Assembly (NCBI GenBank): GCA_964016885.1
Contig: OZ024740.1
Location: 218,922,001-218,986,000 of the forward strand
Source: Eledone cirrhosa
Taxonomy: Eukaryota
Direction of reading: 5' to 3'
DNA length: 64,000 nucleotides
Part shown: piece by piece, positions 1 to 13,450 of the stretch
How positions within the stretch are numbered: position 1 is the stretch's first letter
How the letters are laid out: each line of letters starts with the position of its first letter
Notes under the pieces: model-generated
Told to the model about the DNA's origin: nothing
The model's database searches: none
Seen by the model: the letters and a program-made list of their open reading frames with translations, nothing else
Program-made: the position numbers and the translations under genes

Positions 1-705
1 TATATATATTGCTATCCTTAATATTTCAATAATATTCTTAAATAATTTTCAGCTGCGATATACATTTATTTCACTTTACAATATTCTAATTAAAATACAT
101 ATCAAACCAAACCAAACTTTACATTTCTTGGGTAATTCTAATCCAAGTTAAATCTCATTCTAAATTCTGCTGTGGTTATATAGAATGATACTTAAAAATA
201 CACACAAAATATTTTATAAAATTGTATACCTTTTATATGCATTCTTATTGGTTAGGTCTTTCCTTTTTCTTATATTTTTAAATGTCCTATTTTGTTTATA
301 ATTTATAATTTCTTTAATGTTACTTTATCTTTTGGTTGGTCTACAGCTCTTTATTAATTGAGGTAACTGGAAATTTTAACCCAAGTTTTTACTACAGTAA
401 GCAATATGTACATCAATATTTTTGTTGTATATATATGTCACCACTTTCCAATTGGCTGATGAACGAGGTGGCAATAACATCAACTTGTTTCTGGAACTTC
501 TGTGTACCTAAGGTATATGCTAGTTTGCCATGTGTTTCACATAATATACACATACACTCACACAGTCTGTGGTGCTGAGACCACTAAACATGGGAGTACT
601 CAATGCATGGAGAGATGCAGAGTGGGTATAGAAATAGGCAAAATCCCAATCGCGGCTCCAATCTGAAACCACTTGGTGCTGCGGTCGGGATTCAACCTAT
701 TTATA

Positions 706-915
706 TATATATATTTAATTACATAATAAACAACACAATATAATTATTCCATTTCCAAAGGTTTCAGGAGACTAGATGATCCTTACAGAAATGTCCAGCT
801 CATTCATCAGATGAAATAGTGATAACTTTTTTATATTGAGTTGTTTATTATGTAATTAAATAGCTCTCTACTATACAGAGCACTCTTCTTTCCTTTACCT
901 TTTCTATGGAAATAC
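706..915. mobile_element. Hammerhead-bearing inverted-tail element, family 1, copy 1
   Basis: Inverted arms TTTAATTACATAATAAACAAC / GTTGTTTATTATGTAATTAAA; 3' tail (TAGCTCT...AGAGCACTCT...CCTTTACC) is shared with 5833-6070. Confidence 0.6.
745..818 (-). ncRNA. Degenerate type I hammerhead ribozyme motif
   Basis: Minus strand: TATTTCAT-CTGATGA-ATGAGCTGGA...TCTAGTCTCCT-GAAA-CCTTTGG-AA-ATGGAATA. Stems I, II and III all form, but the conserved U16.1 position is A. Confidence 0.6.
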
Positions 916-2429
916 TTAACACACATATATATATATAAACCACCATTCTATGTTTGTTTTTCCATGCAACTGGACAGATCTCACTACTCATAACGAAAAA
1001 CAGGTGTTCAAATAATATCTCATGGTATTTGTGCTGGCAAAATTACAAAGAATTCCTTGTTACTCTAGCCAATATAAATGCAGTGAACTAGTTACTCGCT
1101 AGTTTGGAAATAAGTAACCCAATAATGCTATTTTTCATCAAACACGATAGAATAAAAAAATTACTTTATTAAAATTTATTAGTATAATTGAAAACGTGTA
1201 ATTAACAGAAAGAACATTAGACTCCAACCTTAAAATATAACAACCAGCAATGATTTATAAACCCCGATAATACAAACAGTTTGTGTTTATTTGTAAAACT
1301 TTTCAAGATCATCTACATTAAATATTGCTAATTTTAAATAGTTGATTTGAAAAAAAAAATTAAATGGTGTCATTCATTTTTTTTAACCAAATTAATTTTT
1401 AGATTTTTTAATAACCCAGCAAGGTTTTATTTAAACCTGAAGGCAATATTAAAAGCCAATTTAGCTATCTAAGAGCAACACTATATTTTATAAAAATGAA
1501 TACCTTAAGTACATACTGTTTATACAGCAGCAATAACCTGTAAGTGTATACAATGGAATTTCATTATGTTCATACATTTTAACAGGTAGATTTATTAAAG
1601 TGAATTAAAATTGTAAATAATACAACAAAATTTTATTTCCTATACTCTCTTAATTCTGTAAAGCAAGGTAATAACCTCACATTCTATACCATTTTAGTCT
1701 ATTTATTAGAAGCTAAATACAACAAATAATTATATTAACACATTACAATGGAAGGGTCAAGTATAATGAAGGTTCTACTTAGTAATAAAATGGAAATGCT
1801 AATAATAACTGGCATTGGCAGCAACAGAAGAATAAGTAGATTGCAACATTGTTTTAAAGAAAATAATACTTCTAACGGATACTTGACACTAACATAACAT
1901 TAAACACAAATATAGCACAATTATGACACTAACAATAAGTACCAGGATTTTGCCAAATTGACTGGTTTTTCCAATTCTTCCAATTTAAATCTCCAACAAT
2001 CTGCCATAGAGATAAGTTCATCGAAGTAATAAAAAAAAAGACATAAAATCTAATTGTTCAATTTCTAATCTGAAGATTTAACAATATTTAACATTAGTGT
2101 CTTATCAAAAGTGAGCACCACCACATATCCATGGACTAAAATGTAGATTCTCCTCACCATAAAACTGAAATTAATAGTTTACATGCAGAACGACCAGTAA
2201 AAAGTATGCCAGAAAGTCTTCAATAAACTAACTACATTAAAAAAAAAAAAAAAAAAAGACATTTTGTTTTGAACAGTGGCAGACATATCTTATTCAGTAA
2301 ACACCCAACATTTTAACAGATATGAAAAGAATCAGGGCCAGCTATTATTAATCAGTGCAATAATAAAAAAAAAGCCTGTCCTGCAGCCAGAGTCTTATTA
2401 GGCCAAAGCTTATCCCAGTCTCATTGGCA

Positions 2430-2621
2430 TTGACCCTTTAGCATTCACATTTCTCTATATATACTATTATATTTTCATGGTAAAGGCATATCAAATCTAT
2501 GAGATTTTGAAAGTATTTATTTTGAGAACAAAATTGTAACATCAGTTTGAGCGACCAGTTACAGCCAGTTTCAACAGAAAGAGGTAGAGAATTCTGGCCG
2601 GTTGGTACATTAAAGAGTTAA
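2430..2621. mobile_element. piggyBac-type MITE family A, orientation B, inserted in a SINE
   Basis: Degenerate CCCTTTAGCATT...TAAAGAG TIRs and TTAA; body shared with the other copies. Confidence 0.75.
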
Positions 2622-5600
2622 GCAACTGAGAACACAAATACCCCAACTCTCCTGCCAGATGAAACACTGTGAAGATTAACTGTCAGCTGAGTGAACTAGA
2701 GCAACATGAAGTATTTTGCTCAAGGTCGCAACATGCTGCCTTATGATCGTGAGCTCTACACACTAACAACTACGCTGCATGCCTTCACAATGAATATGGA
2801 ATTTCAAATTATCTTCTTGAAATTTATGTAACCTTTTTATTTTATTAACAACAACTGAGATTGTTCATACTGTCATTTATCATTGTTATTTGGTCAGCAC
2901 CATATATTAAAGCCACTTGAGCAAGGGACTTCATTTCAATTTTTGGTTGTTTCACTTTGATCATTAATATCCATGTGAAATACATAAGTCCTATAATATC
3001 CCCTTCCTTAGTAATGTAATTTAGCAATGTAATTTCAACTTGAATTTGAATCATCATGGGTTCAATAGAATAAGTATAAGCAAGATACAAAGGGTTAGCC
3101 CTGCAAACGCCATGATTGAGGCCATTTTTAAGAACGTTTTATAGCTACATGCCTTTCTTATCACCAACCCTTTTAGACATCTCTTACAACATGCAATGCA
3201 GCTATTCTAAACCACCTACACAGAGGATCGACACTGAATAATAGAGTATAAACAAGATATTGAATTCATTATACTGAGTACAAATTTGGCCTTGTATAAT
3301 GTCAAAAGAAATAATTATCCTCATTTTTTTTTTGTTGTTGTTCCAATGCTGGAGGCTTAGGCTGCTGCTTATCCTGGTTTAATCAGCATTAAGTGCCAGA
3401 ATACAAGACCCCAGACAGGACACCAGTCCACCACAAGGTTAACTCCCAGCTGAGTATACTGGAACAATGTAAAATGAAGTATTGTGATAAAGAACACAAC
3501 ATGCCACTTGGTCCAGGAATCAAACCTATAACATTGTGATCATTAGTCCAACACTTGGCCACTTGCCTTTCGCAACTATCCTCATTACAATAATTTGGTC
3601 CACCATATCAATGTGTGCAAAGATTGCATTATCCTTAATACTGGCCCTGTTCAGGATTTTTGGGTTAAAACCCTAAAAGGTGGGGAAACATTGTTTTGAT
3701 TTTGTTTTTAATATACCACAAACTTCTACATTTTAATTCAACTGAAGTCTATTAATTTCCAATAAATGTTGAAAATACTGAAATCTACTAACTAACTAAC
3801 TGGAAGAAAGAGTGAAACATAAAATAGAGTCTATAAGCAACAAATATTATTAAAAGTTTGATGTATTCTTAATGGATTATCACTATAAAAATATATAAGA
3901 TTGCATGATATCCTTCCTATAATCTTCGTAGTATATGGCATATAAATTAGCATGTAATTAACATTTATTTCAAAAGAATAACATTTTAGAAATAATAAAC
4001 GTCTAAATAGAAAATAGAAAAAGTATAAGAAATAGAAAACAGAATACATTTTCATATATAAAAATAAAACAATAAAAATTTAACAGATTACTTTATAAAC
4101 TTTTGGCTATGATTACTAAATAAATAATTCAATTTTTGTTTATTGGGACAAACCTAATAAGAATGATACTGTCGTTGATTTCAGTGGCATCAAATAAGGA
4201 CTGAAAAAGAAGTCAGCCTTTCAGTGCCACAGATAATTAAATATTGTTGTTGCAAGTCCAGGCACTTGTAGCTGTGTAACCTAAGAGTACTGTAAAGACA
4301 AACTCACTGCATTGATAGAGCCATAGAAAGACGGAATAATCAAGAGGGAAGAAAACAGATTAAAGACTATGTTTTTAAAGAGTTGATTGCAAAAAAAAAA
4401 TAATGTTAAACATATCCATAAAACATTTTCGTTTTCAAATTGAACACAAGAAATTAATAAACATTTTATTTTTTGGAATAAGAAAAAGAAATTGAAATGA
4501 AAATACTATATATAAAACTAGTCACCATCAAAATAGTTTACCTTAAATCTAAAAAAAAATCCAATAAAAAAAAAAAAAAATCCCATAAAAAAGAAACATT
4601 TGTAAATCATCATCATTTAACGTCTGCTTTCCCTGCTAGCAAGGGTTGAAAATCATAGTCATACAAGCACATTAATCTATCTTTAATTCTGCTCTCTTAA
4701 ACCAAACTAAGTATTCCATAACTTACCTCCAATGTAATTACCCTTAAATACAAACAGATATTTTCTCAGACAATTACTCATAGCCACACTACAAAAACAG
4801 ACACAAATAGTTCCTTAACACTTTAGAAATTTTGATTTATAAACTCATCTAGAACAGACAAATATTTTCAGTGGTCTTAACTCTTTATAATACAAAATCA
4901 TGTTATAAAGTGTTCCTTTTAAAATTGAAACCTAACCTAATTTCATGTAAGAAGCTTTTGTTGTTTCAAATACCAGCTTCAGCATCAAAGTTAGTTATAT
5001 TACAAAATCCTTCCAATTTCTAGATTATTTTCAAAATGAACAGAAAATCAAATAACGGATTTTATTAGAAATATGGTGACAAAAGGGTTAAAACTGTTTA
5101 GTTTTACATAACACCCAAATATACCATGGATAATAATATATAAGGTACCACCTACCAACAAAGGCAGTTAATGGTTAATAATTCTAGACAATCATGATTG
5201 TAATCTTATTTGATTAAGTTGATTCTGAATAACATATATAACAAATGGAATAAATATCTTTCTCTTACTCTATTAAACCTGCCAGAATATAGAATTCATA
5301 GCAATAACGCAAGTTAGAAGAACACTTTTGAGAAAATATTGGAAAATCTATTTTCTGGTCAATAATTAATAAACAAAAGTCCACCAGAAATAATAATAAA
5401 AAAAAAATTACATTCACATTTGCATATGAATATATATATATATATTCATATTCACATTTCCATTTTTGCATATAGTAAATAAAATGAATGGGATGTTAGA
5501 TATTGGTTTATGATCAACATGGAATATAGGGGTATAACAAACAACAACAAAGACACCTGAATTAAATTTTAGCAATTAACAGATGGGGGTCACTTCAGAT

Positions 5601-5832
5601 CATTACATCTTAGTTAAAAAAAAAAAAGAAGCCAAGCAAGCAGGCATTGACTAGCAAATGTCTGGATCAAATAGCACAGCAGCACCAAGATGTCAACAGC
5701 AAAACTAACAGCATCACCACTAACAACAATTAGACATGCTTTGTTGTTGTTGTTGTTTTTTTACCAAAGGGAGACAATTTATAACCTACCAAAGAGCTAG
5801 AGAATAAATAATCTAAATCTTTTCATTTGTAA

Positions 5833-6070
5833 TATATATATTTAATTATGTAATAAACAACACAATACAATTATTCCATTTACCAATAGAGCTCAATAGA
5901 GACGCCTGAAATCGTTCATCAGAAAGGAAAATTTAAGACGTCTCTATTGAGCTTGCCTGTCATCGTGAAACCTTTGGTAAATGGAATAATTGAATTGTGT
6001 TTATTACATAATTAAATAGCTCTGTAGTATACATAGAGCACTCTCCCTTCCTTTACCCTTTTTACGAAAC
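5833..6070. mobile_element. Hammerhead-bearing inverted-tail element, family 1, copy 2 (ribozyme split between strands)
   Basis: Inverted arms about 5841-5886 and 5974-6016, plus inner AGCTCAATAGAGACG/CGTCTCTATTGAGCT. CTGATGA on minus at 5916-22; GAAACCTTTGGTA on plus at 5967-79. Confidence 0.65.
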
Positions 6071-6378
6071 CAATTAAACGAACAACAAACTATTTAAAAA
6101 ATATAGAAATATCACACACACATACATACAACACACACAGTGTCACCAAGTAAAACATATTGTCATTTTATAATGTTTAACTAGAGGTTGTCTGGGATAA
6201 AATGATTTAATATTAAATTGTTCTGATATGAAAATTATATAACTGAAATCTTTACAATAATATTATCATGTTAGACAATGACAAGCAACCTTAATAAATT
6301 TTATTCAAGAAAATAATAACAGGGAACAATCTTTTAATACAATATATATTATGTTAAGAGTTATGAATGTAAATATGA

Positions 6379-6948
6379 CTAGCAGTGGTACCCGGCGTTG
6401 CACGGGATAAGGTATTGTGAAATATATAACCGCCTTAGCTAAGCTTAGTATTGTCACAACCACGGCTGGCAAAGAAGTAAGGGTCTAGTGGTACGTAAGT
6501 AAGCAACACTGTGGCTTAAAACGTGAGGAAGAAGTTGTATGCACTTACCAACTGTTTGGGGAATTAGTGTGAGATTTATCTTGAGCAAGGGTGGCAGAAT
6601 AACCGGAAGCAACAGACAGACATATTATAAGGGCGCATTCTGGACGCAGAGCGAATAGTAGGAAGTGACATAATGCAGACAGCCAGACATAGACAGATAT
6701 TATAAGGGCACGATGTTATATGTATGTATCTATCTAAAAAGAGAAAGACTAAGAATTATAGAGAGAGACATCGCTAAATCGCCTAATGCAGTCCCTAGGG
6801 CATTGAAAATTTGAAATTTTTTTTGCTCAGAACACTCCCTGAAACATATTACATGTGTAAAGTTTGAAAACAGTCGGTTGCGTGCTTCTCTAGTTTTAGG
6901 GATTCAAACTCACACAGACAGAGACATCCTCAGTTTTATATATATAGA
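6379..6948 (-). mobile_element. Non-autonomous Helitron
   Basis: Minus strand starts TCTATATATATAAAA, ends CTAG after the hairpin CCCGTGCAACGCCGGG, and sits between host A and T; internal ACAG repeats. Confidence 0.8.
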
Positions 6949-8770
6949 TGATTCAAATTGAGAGGGATATGTCACATGTAGTAGTAGATGGACCAGAGTA
7001 GTGTTATATGGACTAGATTAGGGAAATCCTCCCCACAAGACAAAAGTATTAACTAAATTCTAATTTTATCAGAACAGCATATTTTACATGAAACAGAGGA
7101 CAGTGTGATTGTGAAAGAGAGAGGAGCTTAAAATGTTAATATGAGGATGCATGCAGTAAACTACCATACACACACACATTTAACAAGCTTCTCTCTATAA
7201 TTCTTAGTCTTTCTCTTTTTAGATAGATACATACATATCTACTAACAAGATATTGGTTAGCCCAAGGCTATAGAAATAAATACTTGCTCAAGGTGCTACA
7301 CAGTGGGTTGGAACCTAAAACCATGTTTGTAAAGCCAACTTCCTAATTATGCAACCATGACTTCACTTATATAATCTGATAATTAAAAGGGGTTGTGACT
7401 GTGCTTAACTCAATCCTCCATATTTTTTTAACACTGAAATTTGAAGGTGAAGCTCTGGCTAATTTAATAAGTTGGGAACAGTAAAGTAACTTCCTGTGAG
7501 AGATGGTACACATTTAAAACCATCTTGTATCTAAACTATAGTCATCATATTAGTTCTTTTATAGTTTTCTCTTTCTCTTATATACTAAATTGTTCGACAC
7601 TCGTCCACTCCTATACAAACCTACAGAACATAGTTTTATGATTTTTTAAATTATAACTATACTTATCTATATTTAGTAGATAACATCTAGGAAGTACTCT
7701 TAATTAACTTGTTTGAAAAAAAATTGAACCCCCAGTCTTTCAAACAATTAAGCTTTCACAAAGAAAGAATAAAAAAGAATAACTGATGGCTACATTAAAA
7801 ATGACATTACTTTTTAAACTACTAATATAATTACTCTTCTAATATTTTTTTTTTTTTACAGAAACTATAATGAAATAGATTATTAAACAAAACAAAAATG
7901 TTATATGATAGTTAGATTATCAAACAAATATTAACAACCAGTCACTTCAACATTATTAAATTGTTACTGGGTTAAAAATGAATCTAAGAACAAAACTTCT
8001 CAATGAAACACACTATCAGAATTTCCGAGTAAAATATATATTTATCTAAATAAATAACCTTATCAAAACTAGATTTGAAATAGTTGACAAGGGAAATACC
8101 AGTAGTTAATTTTATAAATAAATAATATATTATATAGTTGGACAGCTAATAAGACAGTGACTGTCTTAATTTAAATTATCTTAACAAATACGAAAAGGTA
8201 CAAACATTCACAAATACTTCATGCAAATAATGCCTTTACGCTGAGCAGATCAAGCATTGTAGATAAATAGTGTTTCCTGAAAGAAACTTTATTCAAGACA
8301 TTATCAGAAAAATATTTTGACAAAGAATTGTTTTAAAAACTATTTCTATTACAAAACATCAAATAGTCCAATTAACTAATGACATTACAAGATCAACACT
8401 AAACACCTATTTATTTTCCAGTTTAGAATACGAACCAATAACATATCTCAAATACATACAGTATCTATGAAATTAAAAACTATTTTCATCACTAAATATT
8501 TGATTTAATTAGTGCTATTATTAATAAGCATTATGTCCAAATATTTACTTGTAGTGGTGAAAGATTTATAGCCATTGTAATAGATGTAAATATATTACAA
8601 TGTAAAGAAAATTATACAAAAGATAACTTTGTAGTTTAATATACAGAAGAAAAGCTGTTTAAGAATTAACAATTTTGAACTTTAAAAACAGTAAGTTCAG
8701 AAAGTATTTTTTCTTTCATGTCAACAGAAATGGAAACTCAAAGAAACAATATGTAACATATTCAACTTAC

Positions 8771-8910
8771 CGATTATGATCTGGACCTATCATAGAAAAC
8801 TTATAATCAGCTTGTATTTTATTTTGCTGCAGAAATTGATGGAGTCTGCTCTTAGCATTCTCCAGTGTCCAGTTGCCGTGAATACTAGCATTCAAGTCAA
8901 GATCTTCTGA
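8771..8910 (-). CDS. DHX9: DHX9 coding exon 5 (start of dsRBD2)
   Basis: ctcttcAG|SEDLDLNASIHGNWTLENAKSRLHQFLQQNKIQADYKFSMIGPDHN(R)|GTAAGT; the HGNWTLENAK and GPDHNR motifs are characteristic of DHX9. The next exon was not found in 1-8770. Confidence 0.96.
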
Positions 8911-10426
8911 CTGAAGAGATAAAAATATTATAAATCTTAATTATAAATATATTTAACAGTTTCTAATTTAGGTATAAGATCAGCAATTTGAGAAGACCGG
9001 CAGTTGGAGGATGGGTGAAGTTGACCTTAGTGGGATGTGAAGTCAGAGACAGGGGTAATGAATGTGGAGTAACAGAAAAGGCTGGAAACAGCAGAAATAA
9101 GAATGGTCTGGTTGATGAGTGAAGTATTGCTGAGAGAGAGGAAGACAATCAATGAAGTGCAGAGGAGCAAGTGATGAATGTTGTGAAGAGAAATGGAATG
9201 CGATGGCTGGATCATATGTTGAGGAAGAATGACTGGATGAGAGGAGTGATGGAAATAGAGGATGGGGAAGATCTAGAAAGACATGGCTAAAAATGATGGG
9301 AGAAGAAATTAAAGCTGGTGAGGGGGCTGCAGACAATAAGGAAAAGTGGAGAAGCTAGTCATGGACAGGCAGGGCTAACCTCTGTTTTAGCAAAGAAAAT
9401 GGCCTTAAAATATTTATCATGAGCAAATAAGAGAGCCTCTACAGTTGCTCAACCTGCTAGATTTTAGCCTATTGTCATAGAAAGAGAAGGACATGTTAGA
9501 TGATGGAATCTTACATTTACAGTATCATATGTGTATGTGTGAGATGTCTAACCCATGCAAGCATGGAAAAATAGATGTTAAACAGTGATATCTTATGATT
9601 TATTGAGGTACTTTGATGATTTGAAATTTGAAATGTAATCTAAATGCAGAAATCACTATAAATAATATATTTTCTAAAGCTATAATTATTTATAGCTATT
9701 ACTGTATTTGGATTCCAATATTTCAAGTTTCAAATCATCCAAGCAGCTTCATAAATCATAAAATTTGTTTACTTCTGGCTTTAGCTCCTAATTTAACAAA
9801 AAAAAATTTTTTTTAATTATCAAACATGTTTTTATTATTATTTTCCTTTCATTCAATATATCAACCAAAGTTAACATAATAATTATTTCTAAGGCCAATT
9901 AATTTATTTTTTAGAGCAAATGAGGGGTGGAGATAATTGACTGGTACTTTATAGACCATGGAAGGAAGGAATGGTAAAGCTGACTATGGCAAGATTTGAA
10001 CTCAACATAAATAAATATCATTAAATATTTTTCAGGCACTCAAATGATTTTGCTATCATCATCACTGTATAACATCCATTTTTCCATGCTTGCATGGGTT
10101 AGAAGAGTTCTCCAACTGTGAAACAAGCCAGATCAAGTTCTTACAGGGCTGATTTTGGCTGGCTTCTATGGCTGGATGCCCTTTCTAATGCCAACCACAT
10201 TTACAGTTTGGACTGGGGGCTGGGTAACTTATCTGGTGATGGGTAGGGTGTTAGGACATGGGTGCAGTATTAGGACGTGGGAGATGTATGGAAGAGGGAG
10301 GTGGTGCATACTAGATGCATGCTTCAACCCTTGTCCCCTTGCCCATGGGAAGGCAGGTCTTCTGCTAACCCAATAATAATTAAACTTTAACAGCATAAAC
10401 TCGGAAAAATAATGAAAAATAATTAC

Positions 10427-10527
10427 TTCTTCCAATTTCCTTTTTTCTGCAAGGCGGTCCAAATAACTCATTGGTGGGCCTCTTTGATAAGCAGGAATAT
10501 CTCGATTAGCATCTAATCCTGGAAAAG
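10427..10527 (-). CDS. DHX9: DHX9 coding exon 4 (linker)
   Basis: (S)FPGLDANRDIPAYQRGPPMSYLDRLAEKRKLEE|GTAATT; phase 1-0 fits both neighbours. Acceptor is ambiguous (exon start 10527 or 10518). Confidence 0.8.
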
Positions 10528-11349
10528 CTATCAAGAAAATATTAAAAATAAATTCTTCATTAACAAATTATTTATCTTTTTAATGTGAAATACTGTATAT
10601 ACTCATATGTAAGCCACAGCAATAAATAAGTCCCCCTCCCCCACCCAACCTGGCATTTACAATATTTTGGCAGCAATTTTTCACCTGTATATCAGTTACG
10701 TGTTTCTTTCTGTAAATACTGTTTGCAATTTCGCTTGTGGTTGTTTTTCATTTGCTCATTAGCATATATTCAATGAAAGACACTATCATTTTCTCATTCA
10801 TTTTGAAAATAAGAGTTTGAGAGATTTAGCAATATAAATAAGTTTCTTCTTATGAATGTGGTGGTTGGAACATAACTTAAAAGTACTTATAAAATTGATA
10901 GTTTTAAAGTGTTTATTTATCTAAAAAGCTGTTTTGTATCAAAGAACCAGAGGAGGTTTCAGGCAGTGTGGAATCAAAAGAAAATGTTTAGCTAAAATAA
11001 CCACAATGACTACGAGGGCAGTCTAGCAAAATCCCAGAACTATAGCTATCACAGTAATGTGTTAAAAGACAGATTAAGCAATGCCTTTAAATCATCACAC
11101 TTCAAAGATTGATAATTTATGTGGCATGTGATGGACATTAGGCTTATAGTCAGCTAATAGAAAACTATGCATACAATATGTTTCAAACTCCTGGAAGTCA
11201 ATTTTCTTTTTTGTGCAGGACACTATCAATATATATTTGTTGGTAGTGTGAAATCTTATTGTGTAGATCTTCTTGAGAGCCATTTCCCAACCTTCCATCC
11301 CCACCAATACACCTTGCAATGACGCTTAGGTGGAATGAGAGGGGGGGTT

Positions 11350-11945
11350 ATCCTACTGTAGATCTGGAGAAGGCCTTTGGCAGGAACCCATGCTCAGTAA
11401 TCTAGTAGGCCCTGCACAAGCCATGTATGAAGGTGCAACTAGCAGTCAGAGTTGGCAATGGATACAGTGATGTATTTGAAGTGAGGTAGAGTCCACCAGG
11501 GCTCTGTCCCTGACACTACTTCTGTTTATCATTGTCCATAAGGCCATCAATGAAGAGTTTAAAACTGGCACTCCATGGGACCTCTTGTAAGCTGATGCAC
11601 TAGTCCTTATAGCAGAATCCGTAGAAGAGTTAGAGGTCAAATTTCAAGCATGGAAGAACCTAGAATTGAAAAGCCTAAAAGTAAACTTAGCAAAGACAAA
11701 AGTATTCAGTAAGAAAGAGGGCAGGAAACTAATATCAGAAAAAAATTTGGCATAAAAGGAACTGAATGTAGTGTGCAAGAAAGAAGACTGTTGGTATGGA
11801 CATGTGGTGCGTATGGAAGATGGTTGCTGCATAAATAAGTGCAGAGAAGTCTCAGTGATTGGGACCTGTAGAAAACTTGGGATGAAGTAATGAAAATTGA
11901 CCTTAAGAAGTTAAATCTCACAACAGAGGTGACAAAGGTATGTGA
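11350..11945 (+). mobile_element. RTE LINE fragment
   Basis: VDLEKAF, VGVHQG-like, WDLL*ADALVL, VNLAKTKV and WYGHVVRMEDG motifs; similar to 44330-45830. Confidence 0.75.
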
Positions 11946-13324
11946 TCTGACATATTACTGCACACCCCACCCCATCCTATCCATGCCACCACCCTAGTAT
12001 CACTTCTTATCCATTTCTTCTTCCCTTCTCTATTGCACCATAGTTGCCACCCTGCTTCACTACTACTCCTCAGCAGCTTCCCCCCTTTAAGTCCCTCTAT
12101 TGTACTCTAGTGGCTACTTTCCCGACCCCAGTGCACCCCACTCTGCCAATACCCTTGCCACTTCCACTGAACTACTCTCCTGATCACCACTACAACAGAT
12201 TAGGTATTTTCACTATCACTACATCCCCTATGCTATCAGGTCACCTCTTCCTCTCCTATTCATGACTATAACAAACCCCCCTTCCCTTCCACCTCAGCAG
12301 AGAGGGCTGTTCTGTTGGGACAATAACCGACAACTTCTGTAGTGCCAGTGCCACAAAAATGCACTCAGTACACCTTGTAAGATGGTTGGTCATAAGAATG
12401 GTACGCCCAGTAGAAACCATGTCTAAAAGAATTCAGAGGACCCTTCAGCTGTGCCAATGAGGCACAGTGTTGGCAATCTACATGATAAACACACCCAGTA
12501 CATGCTGTAAAGTGGTTGGTGGTAGGAAAGGCATCCAACCTTAGAAAGCTTGCCAAATAAAGGGTGGGGAGGCCTCCACAGTTCTGTCAATACATGACAA
12601 CCTCCCCAGTGCTGGTGTCACGATAAAAAAGCACTTGGTAGAGTGTGGGACCATATGCAAGGTGCTTAGCCTGTCTGGGATGTCAATAATGTGCTTCAAT
12701 ACTAACTCGGTTTGTGAAGACCCATTTATCCTTTGTTAGCAGGGAAAGTAGAAATTAAATAATGTTGATATTCATCATCATCATACATCGGTTTTTCCAT
12801 ACTAGCATGGGTTAGACAAGTTATCACATTATGAGACATGTCAGGTCAGGTGACCCCCCAAGTCTTGCTGATAAGGATCTGTAATTTGGCTTAATTTCTA
12901 CAGCTGGATGCCCTTTCTAATACAGTGTGGATTGGGTGCTTTTTATCATGGCACTAAAATGACCATATAATAGGGTGGATTGGGTACTTTTTTGTCATGT
13001 CACAAACACAACCACCTTAAAGGGTAGACTAGGCGCTTTTTGTAGTGTCACCAATATGACCGCTTTACAAGATGGACTGGGTGCTTTTGTTGTTGCACAT
13101 GATCAGTGGATTTAGTGCTTTTTGTTGTGGCAACAGTATTATGGGAGATTAGATCTAGAGCGTATCCAGCTTTCATGCTAGTATGCATGGGTTGACTATT
13201 GAGAGAATATTAAATATGACCAACATGCCCTACATGCTCACTAATCTACTTTGTGTGTGTGTGTCTAAATTTCAAACTGAGATCAAGGCTTGGTAGCTAT
13301 CTCGTGTAATTTTAAATGCCTGTA

Positions 13325-13450
13325 AAAACTGTGACTTATCTATGAGTATATATAATGATATATAGAAAAAACTGACTTATCTATGAGTATATATAATGAT
13401 ATATAGAAAAAACTGTGACTTATCTAAGAGTACATATATATGATATATAG
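13325..13450. repeat. Minisatellite, about 41 bp x3
   Basis: AAAAACTGTGACTTATCTATGAGTATATATAATGATATATAG repeated three times. Confidence 0.9.

Noticed and set aside
436-500. GTC...CTGATGA followed by a hairpin
   Set aside because: No GAAA after the putative stem II and a poor stem I.
1943-2000. Possible minus-strand exon (cAG...CCTG|GTACTT)
   Set aside because: No frame resembles the expected DHX9 continuation (SFIAEM...), and the splice signals are weak.
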